Source: Alphaproteobacteria bacterium (GTDB taxonomy: Bacteria > Pseudomonadota > Alphaproteobacteria > M2410). Taken from it: DNA of 64,000 bases. Numbering within the stretch: position 1 is the first letter of the stretch; every line of letters starts with the position of its first letter. The stretch covers positions 65,180 through 129,179 of the forward strand of contig JAUWTJ010000001.1 in assembly GCA_030614785.1 (NCBI GenBank). Direction: 5' to 3'. The position numbers were made by a program, and so were the translations under genes. Under the pieces are notes generated by a model. The model did no database searches. It was not told the origin of the DNA and was given only the letters and a program-made list of their open reading frames with translations. This document shows positions 49,801 through 58,981 of the stretch, piece after piece.

Positions 49801-50556
49801 ATGCATGAGTTTGAAGCCAAAATTGAGACGCCAGACGGGGTGCTCGACACCTTCATATGTCATCCCGAAGAAGGCGGCCCCCATCCGGCGGTCATTATCT
49901 ATATGGATGCCCCGGCGATCCGCGAGGAACTCAGGGACATGGCCCGCCGCATCGCCACCGTCGGCTATTATGTGGCGCTGCCCAATCTCTACTACCGGCA
50001 CGGCACCGAGCACACTTACGGATTTGAGTTTTCTAAAATGCGCGAGCCCGGCGGCGAAAAGCACGGCGCGCGTATGTTCGAGCTCATGGGGTCACTGTCC
50101 AATGCCAAAATCGTCTCCGATACGCGGCCGCTGCTGGACGTCATCCGAGCTGACAAAAACACCAAAGACGGTCCCATGGGCTGTGTCGGTTATTGCATGA
50201 GCGGTCAGTTCATCGTCGCCGTGGCGGCAGCCTACCCTGATGACTTTGCCGCAGCGGCGAGTTATTACGGCGTTAGTATTTTGACCGACAAGGATGATTC
50301 CCCCCATCTCGCCGCTGACAAAATCAAGGGCGAGCTCTATCTCGCCTTTGCAGCAGACGACCCTTATGTGCCACAGGAGGTACTCGACAAATTACCCGGG
50401 ATCCTTGAAGAAGCCGGCACCAACCACCGTATCGAGATCTATCCCGATACAGAACATGGCTTCGCCTTCCCCCAAAGGCCAGCCTACAACAAGGCGGCAG
50501 GAGAGCGCCACTGGGAGCGCATGTTTGCACTTTTTGACCGAAACCTGAGATCATAG
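49801..50556 (+). CDS. Dienelactone hydrolase family protein
   Basis: GYCMSG, D, HGF. Confidence 0.9.
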   Translation: MHEFEAKIETPDGVLDTFICHPEEGGPHPAVIIYMDAPAIREELRDMARRIATVGYYVALPNLYYRHGTEHTYGFEFSKMREPGGEKHGARMFELMGSLSNAKIVSDTRPLLDVIRADKNTKDGPMGCVGYCMSGQFIVAVAAAYPDDFAAAASYYGVSILTDKDDSPHLAADKIKGELYLAFAADDPYVPQEVLDKLPGILEEAGTNHRIEIYPDTEHGFAFPQRPAYNKAAGERHWERMFALFDRNLRS

Positions 50557-50610
50557 GGAACTAAATTCCCGCAGGTAACAGGATCAAGCGAAAAGGTGAA
50601 TTGTCGGAAC

Positions 50611-51756
50611 TTACTTCGCCAGCACATGCGCCAGAGAGACCGCGCCGATGCCGAGCATATGGGCGAGGCCAAGCTTCGCGTCAGGCTGCTGCCGCGCGCC
50701 CGCTTCGCCGCGAAGCTGGCGTGTGATCTCGGCGACCTGGCCGACGCCGGTCGGACCAATGGGATGCCCCATGGAGAGAAGCCCCCCTGACGCCGAAACC
50801 GCGCAGGACCCGCCAATATCAAATTCTCCCGCCGCCACCGCCGCCGCGCCCTGGCCCGGTTTGGCCAGTCCCATAGCTTCAATGTAAAGCAGCTCCTCGA
50901 CCGTGAAAGCATCATGCAGCTCCAGCACATCAAGATCATGGATCGAGATTTTGGCATCATCGAGACACGCCGCCATGGTCTCGCGGGTCAGCTCCGCATC
51001 ATAATCACCGGGGGTATCGTAGAGCCGCTCCGACTTTTGCACCGAGGCCGCGATGCGCACCGCGCGGCTGGCATCAAGCCCCATATCCTTGATCGCGGCT
51101 TCGGAGGCGATAATCACCGCCGCCGCACCTTCTCCGATAGGACAACATTGCAGCCGCGTCAGGGATCCGGAAATCGCCGGGCCCTCCATCACCTCTTCAA
51201 GGGTGCGCTCCTTCTGCCGATGGGCATAGGGATTTTTCGCACCATTGCGTGCGTTCTTGACGGCGACGGCCGCAATCTCCTCAGGACTCGCACCGGACCT
51301 TTGCATATAGGCATCCGCCAGAAGCGCAAAATGCGTGAACGGAACAATGCGGCCCGCATCAAGGGATTTTATACCGGTCTTTGACGATGCAACGTTAAAC
51401 GCCGCAGGCTTGTCCACACCAAGCGCCAGCGAAACCTCCGAGAATCCGGCGGCCACATCCATCGCGGCCTGACGCACGGCGCTTGAGCCCGTCGCCGAGG
51501 CATTCTCGACCTGAGTCATGGGAATACCTGTCCCACCAAGGTGGCGCAGCATGATGCGCGTTGGCGCCATGCCGAGAAAAGCATTGCCATGATAGACCGA
51601 GCCAACCCCCGCCCAGGGCATGCCGGCATCGTCCAGCGCGGCGCGCACCGCCGTCAGTCCCAGATCAACGAACGTAGTCTCGCTCATTTTCTGGTAGCGA
51701 TGCAAGCCAATGCCAACGACATAGACGGGACGGAAATCCTTCAGTGTATTGACCAT
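50611..51756 (-). CDS. Thiolase-fold protein (SCP-x/Ltp-like) lacking the catalytic Cys
   Basis: ENASATG, ELHDAF, GHPIGPTG. Confidence 0.88.
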   Translation of the reverse strand: MVNTLKDFRPVYVVGIGLHRYQKMSETTFVDLGLTAVRAALDDAGMPWAGVGSVYHGNAFLGMAPTRIMLRHLGGTGIPMTQVENASATGSSAVRQAAMDVAAGFSEVSLALGVDKPAAFNVASSKTGIKSLDAGRIVPFTHFALLADAYMQRSGASPEEIAAVAVKNARNGAKNPYAHRQKERTLEEVMEGPAISGSLTRLQCCPIGEGAAAVIIASEAAIKDMGLDASRAVRIAASVQKSERLYDTPGDYDAELTRETMAACLDDAKISIHDLDVLELHDAFTVEELLYIEAMGLAKPGQGAAAVAAGEFDIGGSCAVSASGGLLSMGHPIGPTGVGQVAEITRQLRGEAGARQQPDAKLGLAHMLGIGAVSLAHVLAK

Positions 51757-51759
51757 GTA

Positions 51760-52173
51760 TCAGCCCTCCCGCCCAAATCTAAGCTCGGCGCGTGGATTGT
51801 CCGGATCAAGCTTCGCGTTCATCACGATCATGCCGGCGACCCGGCCGCCGTGGACAAGCTCACTCTCGTTCCGCTCAACCAGCGTACAACGCACCGTCGG
51901 CCCATCATCAAGCTTGATCGAGCCAACCACAAATGGCGCGTCGATATCCTTGCCCCGATGGAGATTGACCGTGGCGAAGGCAAGCAAGGTTCCCTTTGCG
52001 GCGAGGGGCCGGGCGACCAGATCATCCCCCGTGGCGCCGCATTTCTCGCAGCCATAATGCTGTTCCGGAAACGCCAGATGGCCGCATTTCTCGCACGCCA
52101 CGCCCTGAAGTGTGACCCTGCCATCAGCACTCTCGCTGAAAAGCGCGGAGCCTTTCGATCCATTTCCCGTCAT
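51760..52173 (-). CDS. DUF35 Zn-ribbon/OB-fold protein
   Basis: CEKCG..FP...CEKCG; upstream of the thiolase. Confidence 0.88.
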   Translation of the reverse strand: MTGNGSKGSALFSESADGRVTLQGVACEKCGHLAFPEQHYGCEKCGATGDDLVARPLAAKGTLLAFATVNLHRGKDIDAPFVVGSIKLDDGPTVRCTLVERNESELVHGGRVAGMIVMNAKLDPDNPRAELRFGREG

Positions 52174-52266
52174 GGGACCTCCTGTAACCGGCTGTTCTTT
52201 CTTGCCGACAAGTATCGCCATTCACCGGCAAAATGCAATGCGCAGGGATCCAGCCCTGATGCACCC

Positions 52267-52812
52267 TCAGCCATCTTCCCACGCCAGGTTGGCCACAACA
52301 ATCTTTTCGCAGACCCGGCGCCGCGCCGCGCTGTCCAGCGGCACAGACCAGTCCGGACCGATGGCGGCAAGGTCCGGATCTGCCGGATCGAGACCCAGCT
52401 CCCCCATATAGGCGGGACTAGCGATCAGGAACTGATGCATGTAAGGCAGAATGATCCCGCCGTATTGCGCCTGCGCCTCAAGCGCCTCGTCATGGGACCG
52501 GCACCACACGTTAGTCAGGATTTCGCACCGTTCCGGACACAAGAGCTTGCCGAACCCTGCCGGCTCGTCTTTCGTCAGCACCTCGACCGCATGGCTCCAG
52601 CCGTTAAAGCCGTGGCCCCGGGCGATCACCTTCAGACAATAGCGCCGCTGCACGGCCAGGACAAGCGCCTCGCCGTCAAGCTTGCGCAAATCGGGCAAGC
52701 GCCTGAGCCGCGCCTGCGCCTCGGGATCCTGTTCTTTCAAATCTCGGTGTAAAATTCGTGCGCGCGCTTTGAGCGTGCTGACGATGTTCCCACTAGGGTC
52801 AACATCAACCAT
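52267..52812 (-). CDS. Hypothetical protein with LKxxAxxL...IARxxGFxxW N-terminal helical domain
   Basis: AAGGAG RBS before ATG 52812; LKARARILHR, IARGHGFNGW, NVWCRSHDEA. Confidence 0.75.
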   Translation of the reverse strand: MVDVDPSGNIVSTLKARARILHRDLKEQDPEAQARLRRLPDLRKLDGEALVLAVQRRYCLKVIARGHGFNGWSHAVEVLTKDEPAGFGKLLCPERCEILTNVWCRSHDEALEAQAQYGGIILPYMHQFLIASPAYMGELGLDPADPDLAAIGPDWSVPLDSAARRRVCEKIVVANLAWEDG

Positions 52813-52950
52813 CTGACTTCTCCTTACGGAGGATCTTCTTCCCGCTCCCATCGATCCCGGCGTAATAAGAGTTCAAGTCCGGATGATATCGAATGTATCG
52901 TTCAGGGTGATGAGACTTTCGGCGGGCGCGGCGCCCCTGAGCACCTGATG
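52813..52950 (-). ncRNA. Candidate structured 5' leader RNA (possible pseudoknot)
   Basis: Multiple complementary segments between a TTGACG-N18-TATAGA promoter and the RBS. Confidence 0.45.
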
Positions 52951-52956
52951 CAGCGC

Positions 52957-52986
52957 TCTATAGGGGACCGGAGGCCTCGCCGTCAA
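52957..52986 (-). promoter_or_regulatory. Sigma-70-like promoter
   Basis: TTGACG (52986-52981), 18 bp, TATAGA (52962-52957). Confidence 0.55.
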
Positions 52987-53018
52987 GCCTTTAACTGACT
53001 ACCCCGACTGGCAAGGGC

Positions 53019-53468
53019 TCAGTCCCGCGCCGCATCCATATGCTCACGGAGCTTTGCCAGAAACGGGATTGCCGCCCTGAAGTCCTTTTCAGGAAAGGCT
53101 TTGAGCAGGTCTTGAAGCAGGGGTGACAGAACCTCCAGCGCCTCGCTCCTTGCTTTGGCTCCGGTTTTCATCAGAAAAACCTGCTTGCCGCGCCCGTCGC
53201 TCTCGTCGGGCCGCACGGCGACAAAGCCGCTCGCCTCCAGCTTCGCCAGCGTATTGGTCATCGCCCCCCGGGTGACCTGAAAGGCGGTGGCCAGGTGCGA
53301 CGGGCTCTTGCCATCGCCGAGCCGCGCCAGATGGTTCAGCACCGAGAATTGCGACACTGTCAGACCATGCGGCATCACCCGCTCAAAGGCGTTCGACGAA
53401 AGCTGCGAGAGGATCCCGATCTCGTTGAAGAAGGTGAAGAGAGCCGGATCTTGTGGAGGTTTGGTCAT
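53019..53468 (-). CDS. MarR family transcriptional regulator
   Basis: LTVSQFSVL, VTRGAMTNTL.KLE..G.V, DGR. Confidence 0.92.
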   Translation of the reverse strand: MTKPPQDPALFTFFNEIGILSQLSSNAFERVMPHGLTVSQFSVLNHLARLGDGKSPSHLATAFQVTRGAMTNTLAKLEASGFVAVRPDESDGRGKQVFLMKTGAKARSEALEVLSPLLQDLLKAFPEKDFRAAIPFLAKLREHMDAARD

Positions 53469-53491
53469 GGTTTTTTCCTTTCTCTAACTAT

Positions 53492-53592
53492 TGTCATCCT
53501 CGGGCCGGACATAGTCCGGAGCCGGGGATCTTCTAACAATAGAATTCGCTGTGAGAAGATCCCCGGCCGCGCTCCGCGCGCCGAGGATGACA
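53492..53592. repeat. Palindromic REP/RPE-like intergenic element
   Basis: TGTCATCCTCGG...CCGAGGATGACA outer and GCCGGGGATCTTCT...AGAAGATCCCCGGC inner inverted repeats. Confidence 0.8.
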
Positions 53593-53601
53593 GGCATTTG
53601 A

Positions 53602-54774
53602 CTAACGCACTCTTGTCTCAATTCTCCACCTTGGCGTGCCCGCAATCTCCGGGCCATAGCCGAGCCGTCCGAACATCTGCACCCGCGCGCCGCTTGCCGC
53701 CTTGTCGGTGACCCCGAGTTCGCCATGCAGCTCGGCAAAGAGCGCCGCCATTTCCGGATATTCCTGCAGCGCCTGACTGAGCGGATGGATGCCAAGCCCG
53801 AGGCTCGTCGCCTTCAGGTTCAGGCGCAGCCAGTTCGCCCCGGCCCGCAGCTGGTCGAGCCGCGTATTAGCCCCGGTCTCCAGCCAGACATAGCCCATGG
53901 CGCTCGCCATAATGGCTTTGAACATATCAAGGCCTTGTTTGAACGCCGCCGAGTTCGGGTCGGCCATTTGTTCGCGGGTCAGCTGACCGAGCAGCGCCAG
54001 CCCCTCAAGGAAAAACCCGCCAAGCGCGATGCCATCGGGATTGGCGTTGATCTCCGCCTTGCCGATACGCATCAGGTCGATGCTTTCCTGCATCGTGCGC
54101 GGCGTGATCGATTCCATATGATGACCGCGCCATGTCAGATCGCGCAACCTCTCGACCCGCACCGGATCGTTGGTGCTCCCGACACGAACAGTATCATCCG
54201 TCACGGTAACAAGGTCCGCAAGCACCGCATTGCTCACCGAACGGGCCGTGTCATAGGGCACCTTGAGCGAGCGGCGTGCCAGCACATGTTTGAAAAGCAG
54301 GTCAGGCGCCGCCTCCCCTGCGACGAACCGAATATGCGCCACCGGCCGCGCGTCGAGATTTCCGCCGTCAAACGCTTCTGGCATGCCTTCGGGGAACGGC
54401 GTTATGTCTGCAAAGAAACCCTCTTCCGCCGCCGCCATGCGCAGCAGTTCGAGGAAACAGCCCAGCCCGATGGTGATCTGCCGGTTCGGCGGATCGGTCT
54501 CAGGCAAAAGACGTTCAAGATCGCAGTAAAGCGTCGCCTCGCCAGGGGTATCAAGATCCACCATCCACGGCTGCCGGTTATGAGGATTGGGCGCCAGAAT
54601 AGCATAGCTAAGCGCCCGCATGCGCGGATCGGAATAACCCACCCCGCCTGCCAGCTTCCACGGCGCCAGCGCCTCGGTCGGCGTCCGCGTCGCCGCAAAT
54701 CCGTACCCGGAAGCCCCGACAACAACCGCCGAACCCCCGACAATCCTTATAAATCCGCGTCTTGTAGTGGACAT
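53602..54774 (-). CDS. Acg-family FMN-binding nitroreductase-like protein with Tat signal
   Basis: TRRGFI; LAPNPHNRQPW; HPLSQALQEY. Confidence 0.88.
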   Translation of the reverse strand: MSTTRRGFIRIVGGSAVVVGASGYGFAATRTPTEALAPWKLAGGVGYSDPRMRALSYAILAPNPHNRQPWMVDLDTPGEATLYCDLERLLPETDPPNRQITIGLGCFLELLRMAAAEEGFFADITPFPEGMPEAFDGGNLDARPVAHIRFVAGEAAPDLLFKHVLARRSLKVPYDTARSVSNAVLADLVTVTDDTVRVGSTNDPVRVERLRDLTWRGHHMESITPRTMQESIDLMRIGKAEINANPDGIALGGFFLEGLALLGQLTREQMADPNSAAFKQGLDMFKAIMASAMGYVWLETGANTRLDQLRAGANWLRLNLKATSLGLGIHPLSQALQEYPEMAALFAELHGELGVTDKAASGARVQMFGRLGYGPEIAGTPRWRIETRVR

Positions 54775-54788
54775 GTCCCTCGCTCCAT

Positions 54789-54829
54789 ATAGTTCAATAT
54801 TAAACCACTATAGTTTAATATTGAACTAT
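54789..54829. promoter_or_regulatory. Double palindromic operator (probable MarR sites)
   Basis: ATAGTTCAATATTAAAC-N7-GTTTAATATTGAACTAT perfect inverted repeat; each arm itself near-palindromic. Confidence 0.7.
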
Positions 54830-54941
54830 TGGCAAGTTAAACCAATAATTGCCTTCTTGACTCTAAATTCCAATACAGCTTCTATTTGCTCCTACCCACA
54901 AGAACCCTTTTACATACACATCTCTCACCCAGGAATCCTAT

Positions 54942-57900
54942 ATGAACGCCAAACCTTACTTCGACCTTCTTCTCATTGTTCCATTGGAGGAAGAGCTCGA
55001 GGAAATTCTGAAGGTATTTCCACACCTAAGTGATTTGTCGACAACAGAGCGATTGGTGGTGACCGTAGACTCCGGTGACCCGAAGCTTTCGATCTTATTG
55101 ACTCAACTTCCCGCGATGGGGAGGAGCGAAGCTGGCGACGCCACTCGTGCAATTGTCGGACAATATAATATAGGCATCATAGTCTGCATCGGAATCGCGG
55201 GAGGGTTGTCAAAGGATCTAAGGCTCGGTGACGTATGCTACAGTGAAAATATTCTGGATGTTTACGAACAAAGTTCCGTGACCGACGCCGAGGATGGTGA
55301 CGGGATTACAGTTCATCTCAGCCCGAACCAATTTCGGACACCGCGACAAATCACCATCGCGCTAAATTTCCTCAGATCCAATCCGGAAATTAACTCGAAG
55401 TATAAGGAATGGCAACAAACCAGTGAAAATCAAGCAAAGGCGTTGCTAGGCGACTTGTCCGCGGAAACAACTGGAACCCACACTCCGAAGAGCAAAAATG
55501 GAAACCTTGTATGTGGTGCTGTTAGCAAGAGTTCAGCATACAATGCCAAGCTGAAAGCAATGGACCGGAATGTCTTAGCAATTGAAACAGAGTCTGGTGG
55601 TGTCTTCGAGCAAGCTGAAAAACACAATATAGCAGCACTGACCATCAGAGGCATATCTGACTTAGCGGACTCAAACAAATGCTCATTAGAAACATCCACA
55701 AAGGGAGTCTATCGAAAGATCGCCGCCGCAAATGCGGCATCGTTCCTTCGGTCTCAGCTTGCAAACCATTATTTTACAGACCTTTTACAAGACTTCCGAA
55801 ACAAGAAAGATGGTGAAGAAGCTCCTGAACTCTTCACAAAAGATGTCTCTCCGAAGAACACCATACTTGAATCACTTAAGCAATCTGAGCAAGAGATTCA
55901 AATTGCACTTGGCGAGCTATCGCCGGAATACAAGCTCTTGGACAAAGGCTACAGGCTTCCCACACCAAGAATTAGATCCAGTGTCTTCGAGAACCTATTC
56001 GGCGAAACCGACGACCGCACAATCGAAGTCAGAGAAGCACTTGAGCGACACAAAGTGGTGTTGGTTGATATTCCGCGAACATATCCAGATGAAAGCTTAC
56101 CATGGGTAATAGCGGAAAACCTGCTGACTTTCGAGCTAAATGGAAAACAATCTATACCCATTGTTCTTGATGGAAATATTTTGCGCCCGCCCAAGCTTGG
56201 CATAAAGTCACTTGCGGGCGAGTACGATCTTGAAGCACTTCGCAACAATGCAGGGGCACAATTAGTCTTCATTGTGTCAAGTGTCCAGCTGACTTCGTCA
56301 ACAAAGCGCAACTTCCTTATAAGCCAGATGGAAGAATTTGAGGAAGCGCAGTTTGTTTTAATTGCCAGAGGACAAGAACAGACTCTTTCTGACCAAGACC
56401 TAGTCAGGTCCGTAGGCGCGGAAATTCACGAGCTTTGTGAGGTCTCTTTCTTGTCCATATCACAATTTCTGGAGTTCAATTTTGACCTCGAATCCAGTGA
56501 AGCGCAAGTGATTGCTCTTCGTCTATTCAACACTTTCGAGCAGTTTGATTTGGTTGCTCACCCTACGTACTTTGCCGGAATTCCTCGAGAAACCCTTTAT
56601 GCACTTTTGCAAGCAAATCGAAGAGCGGAGCTGATTCAGTTGGCAGTAGATGGATTCCTGTCATTCGTTGTGGCGGAGGACACATCGGATATCACGTTAA
56701 GTCGAACAACCAGATCTAGATTCTTAAGCAACCTAGCGATTGAGATGGATGTTGAGAAGCGTTCCTTTTCTCAAGCAACACTCATTAAATTCACAAAAGA
56801 CTTTGCTACAAAATTCGATTTTGAGATTGAGCCACTAAAGTTCGTTCAAAATTTCGTGGAAAAGGGGATTCTCAGGTTTGACGACAACAACGTTTCGTTT
56901 ACTCTACCCTTTATTAGGTCATATCTACTCGCATCCGCTTTGAATAAAGACCCTAGTTTGGCTGCGAAATACTTTGCACCATCAATTGACGATTTTGATT
57001 TCGCCGCCTTCGACTTGTATGCAGAGCTGGGAGCATCCGATGCGGTAGTAGGTTCCATCGTTGAGAAACTAAAATCTCACGCGACCAGTCTTGGAGAGAA
57101 ATCCGCAGCCATTCTTTCAAATGACCTTCGACCAAATCTCGTGAATGTCTACGAGAAAACAAAGACAATTCAAGATGGAATACAACGAAAAATTGAAGAA
57201 CTAAAGAAGAATGAAGATGATCATGAGACAAAACAGAAGTTCCTCGACCTCGCCAATCGAGCCGGGAAAAAGCTGAGCAGTGAACGAAATGAAAATCAGA
57301 AGAAAGCTACCCCCAAGAAATCTAAAGATGACAAAGAGTTCAATGAACTCGTGTCCGATTGGCTCATTGGAACAGTTCTTATCGGAGGGGCAGCAGAAAA
57401 TCTCACTGGAAGTATCAAACAAGATCTGGCGGGAAGTTTGATAGTTATTGCAAACGAGATTATAGATCATATGACTGATAGTTCAGCAAGAATTGACTTT
57501 GTGAAATCAAAGAGCGAACTACTTGCCTCGCCGGAAGTACTGGATTTGGTAAAAAATGCTCCGAGCGATGCGGAAAAAGAAGATATCCTTGTCCATTTTT
57601 CCAATTTGATTGACATCGTTGAGTTCAGCTTTCTTGCGCATCCGTTTCGAAGGGTGATGCAACATCTGTGTGAACAATCACGCAATAGAGTGTTATCAAG
57701 AAGCATAGAAAAGGCAACCTTCGAAGATGGTGGTATTCGTGAAATCATCCGCTGGACTTGGTTGATTGATCTAGACAGCAAGAAGGGCAAGGTGGGCATT
57801 TTGGAACATATCAAGAAGCTGCCCATTGCTCCGTTCTTTAGGTTTGTGTTAGCAACTCATTTCCTCAACAGAGTTTACTGGAGCCATGGGGACACTCAGA

Positions 57901-58007
57901 GTCGGGGCGACCTTCTCACTGCGGCAAACGAAACCATTCATCTACTAGGTAAAGGTATTGATAAGAAAGAGCTCTTGGCAATAGTTTCGAAGGTAAAGAA
58001 TTCATAG
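54942..58007 (+). CDS. PNP/MTA-SAH nucleosidase domain fused to a large degenerate STAND-like region; candidate defence protein
   Basis: PLEEE, GIAGG, LGDV, IETESGG, IRGISD..D; 1021 aa; visibly AT-richer than its flanks. Confidence 0.75.
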   Translation: MNAKPYFDLLLIVPLEEELEEILKVFPHLSDLSTTERLVVTVDSGDPKLSILLTQLPAMGRSEAGDATRAIVGQYNIGIIVCIGIAGGLSKDLRLGDVCYSENILDVYEQSSVTDAEDGDGITVHLSPNQFRTPRQITIALNFLRSNPEINSKYKEWQQTSENQAKALLGDLSAETTGTHTPKSKNGNLVCGAVSKSSAYNAKLKAMDRNVLAIETESGGVFEQAEKHNIAALTIRGISDLADSNKCSLETSTKGVYRKIAAANAASFLRSQLANHYFTDLLQDFRNKKDGEEAPELFTKDVSPKNTILESLKQSEQEIQIALGELSPEYKLLDKGYRLPTPRIRSSVFENLFGETDDRTIEVREALERHKVVLVDIPRTYPDESLPWVIAENLLTFELNGKQSIPIVLDGNILRPPKLGIKSLAGEYDLEALRNNAGAQLVFIVSSVQLTSSTKRNFLISQMEEFEEAQFVLIARGQEQTLSDQDLVRSVGAEIHELCEVSFLSISQFLEFNFDLESSEAQVIALRLFNTFEQFDLVAHPTYFAGIPRETLYALLQANRRAELIQLAVDGFLSFVVAEDTSDITLSRTTRSRFLSNLAIEMDVEKRSFSQATLIKFTKDFATKFDFEIEPLKFVQNFVEKGILRFDDNNVSFTLPFIRSYLLASALNKDPSLAAKYFAPSIDDFDFAAFDLYAELGASDAVVGSIVEKLKSHATSLGEKSAAILSNDLRPNLVNVYEKTKTIQDGIQRKIEELKKNEDDHETKQKFLDLANRAGKKLSSERNENQKKATPKKSKDDKEFNELVSDWLIGTVLIGGAAENLTGSIKQDLAGSLIVIANEIIDHMTDSSARIDFVKSKSELLASPEVLDLVKNAPSDAEKEDILVHFSNLIDIVEFSFLAHPFRRVMQHLCEQSRNRVLSRSIEKATFEDGGIREIIRWTWLIDLDSKKGKVGILEHIKKLPIAPFFRFVLATHFLNRVYWSHGDTQSRGDLLTAANETIHLLGKGIDKKELLAIVSKVKNS

Positions 58008-58258
58008 GAGCGAAGGCATGCAAAATGGAATAATGCAACCTGAGAAATTCACCCCATCCCCGGTCGCTTCCGACAGATCAATGTTCCTGCCCCTGCCGCC
58101 AGCAGCCTTTTATCCTCCGACCACACGCGATTGCTGACGCCTCCGCGCCAGTATGCCGCCCAGGGGCAACTTCCTTCTCTTGCAAAATTCCCCTATACTC
58201 ACCCCAAAGTGATTTGCCCCCTCCGCCCCGCGACACCCGCCAAACTGAAAGTCCATGA

Positions 58259-58978
58259 ATGAACGTTTTTGCACGCCAGCTGATGGGTGCTTTCAAGGAT
58301 CTGACGCCCATACTGGTCGTCGTTGCGTTTTTCCAGTTCGTGGTCTTGCGCCAGCCGGTCGAGGAGCCGCTCTCCATCCTGGCCGGGCTCGTCGCAGTGG
58401 TTGTGGGCCTCGCGCTGTTCATTCAGGGGCTTGAAACATCGCTCTTCCCGCTTGGCGAGACAATGGCCGTGGAATTTGCTCGCAAGGGTGTCATTGCGTG
58501 GCTGCTGCTCTTTGCTTTCGCCCTCGGTTTCGGGACCACCGTCGCGGAGCCTGCCCTGATTGCCGTGTCGCAAGAGGCCGCCCGGGTCCGCGCCGAGGAG
58601 GGACATCTGATTGGCCAGGCCGCCATCGACAGCTATGCGCGGGGCCTGCGCTACACCATCGCAATCTCCGTCGGCCTGGCGCTGGTCGTCGGCGTCATGC
58701 GCATCCTCGGCGGCTGGCCGATCCACTATTTCATCATATCGGGCTATCTCATCATCGTCACGATCACGCAATTCGCGCCCGACGACATTATCGGCATCGC
58801 CTATGATTCCGGCGGGGTCACGACCTCGACCATCACTGTGCCGCTGGTGACCGCGCTCGGTATCGGTCTCTCCACGGTCATCCGCGGGCGCAACCCGATG
58901 ATCGACGGCTTCGGGCTGATCGCCTTTGCCAGCCTGTTCCCCATCGCCTTCGTTCTCGTCTACGGCATGGTGGTCTGA
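58259..58978 (+). CDS. DUF1538 membrane protein
   Basis: [33 protein letters not shown]. Confidence 0.88.
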   Translation: MNVFARQLMGAFKDLTPILVVVAFFQFVVLRQPVEEPLSILAGLVAVVVGLALFIQGLETSLFPLGETMAVEFARKGVIAWLLLFAFALGFGTTVAEPALIAVSQEAARVRAEEGHLIGQAAIDSYARGLRYTIAISVGLALVVGVMRILGGWPIHYFIISGYLIIVTITQFAPDDIIGIAYDSGGVTTSTITVPLVTALGIGLSTVIRGRNPMIDGFGLIAFASLFPIAFVLVYGMVV

Positions 58979-58981
58979 CCC

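Noticed and set aside
51541-52752. Long antisense ORFs (403 aa here; also 53725-54792, 6830-7852, 27137-28102)
   Set aside because: Shadow frames of well-supported opposite-strand genes in GC-rich DNA
52868-52882. GTTCAAGTC T-loop-like motif on the plus strand
   Set aside because: No flanking T-stem or cloverleaf; not a tRNA
58088-58168. 8-bp inverted repeat TGCCCCTG/CAGGGGCA after the AT-rich gene
   Set aside because: Too short and distant; no matching end or target duplication at the other side of the gene
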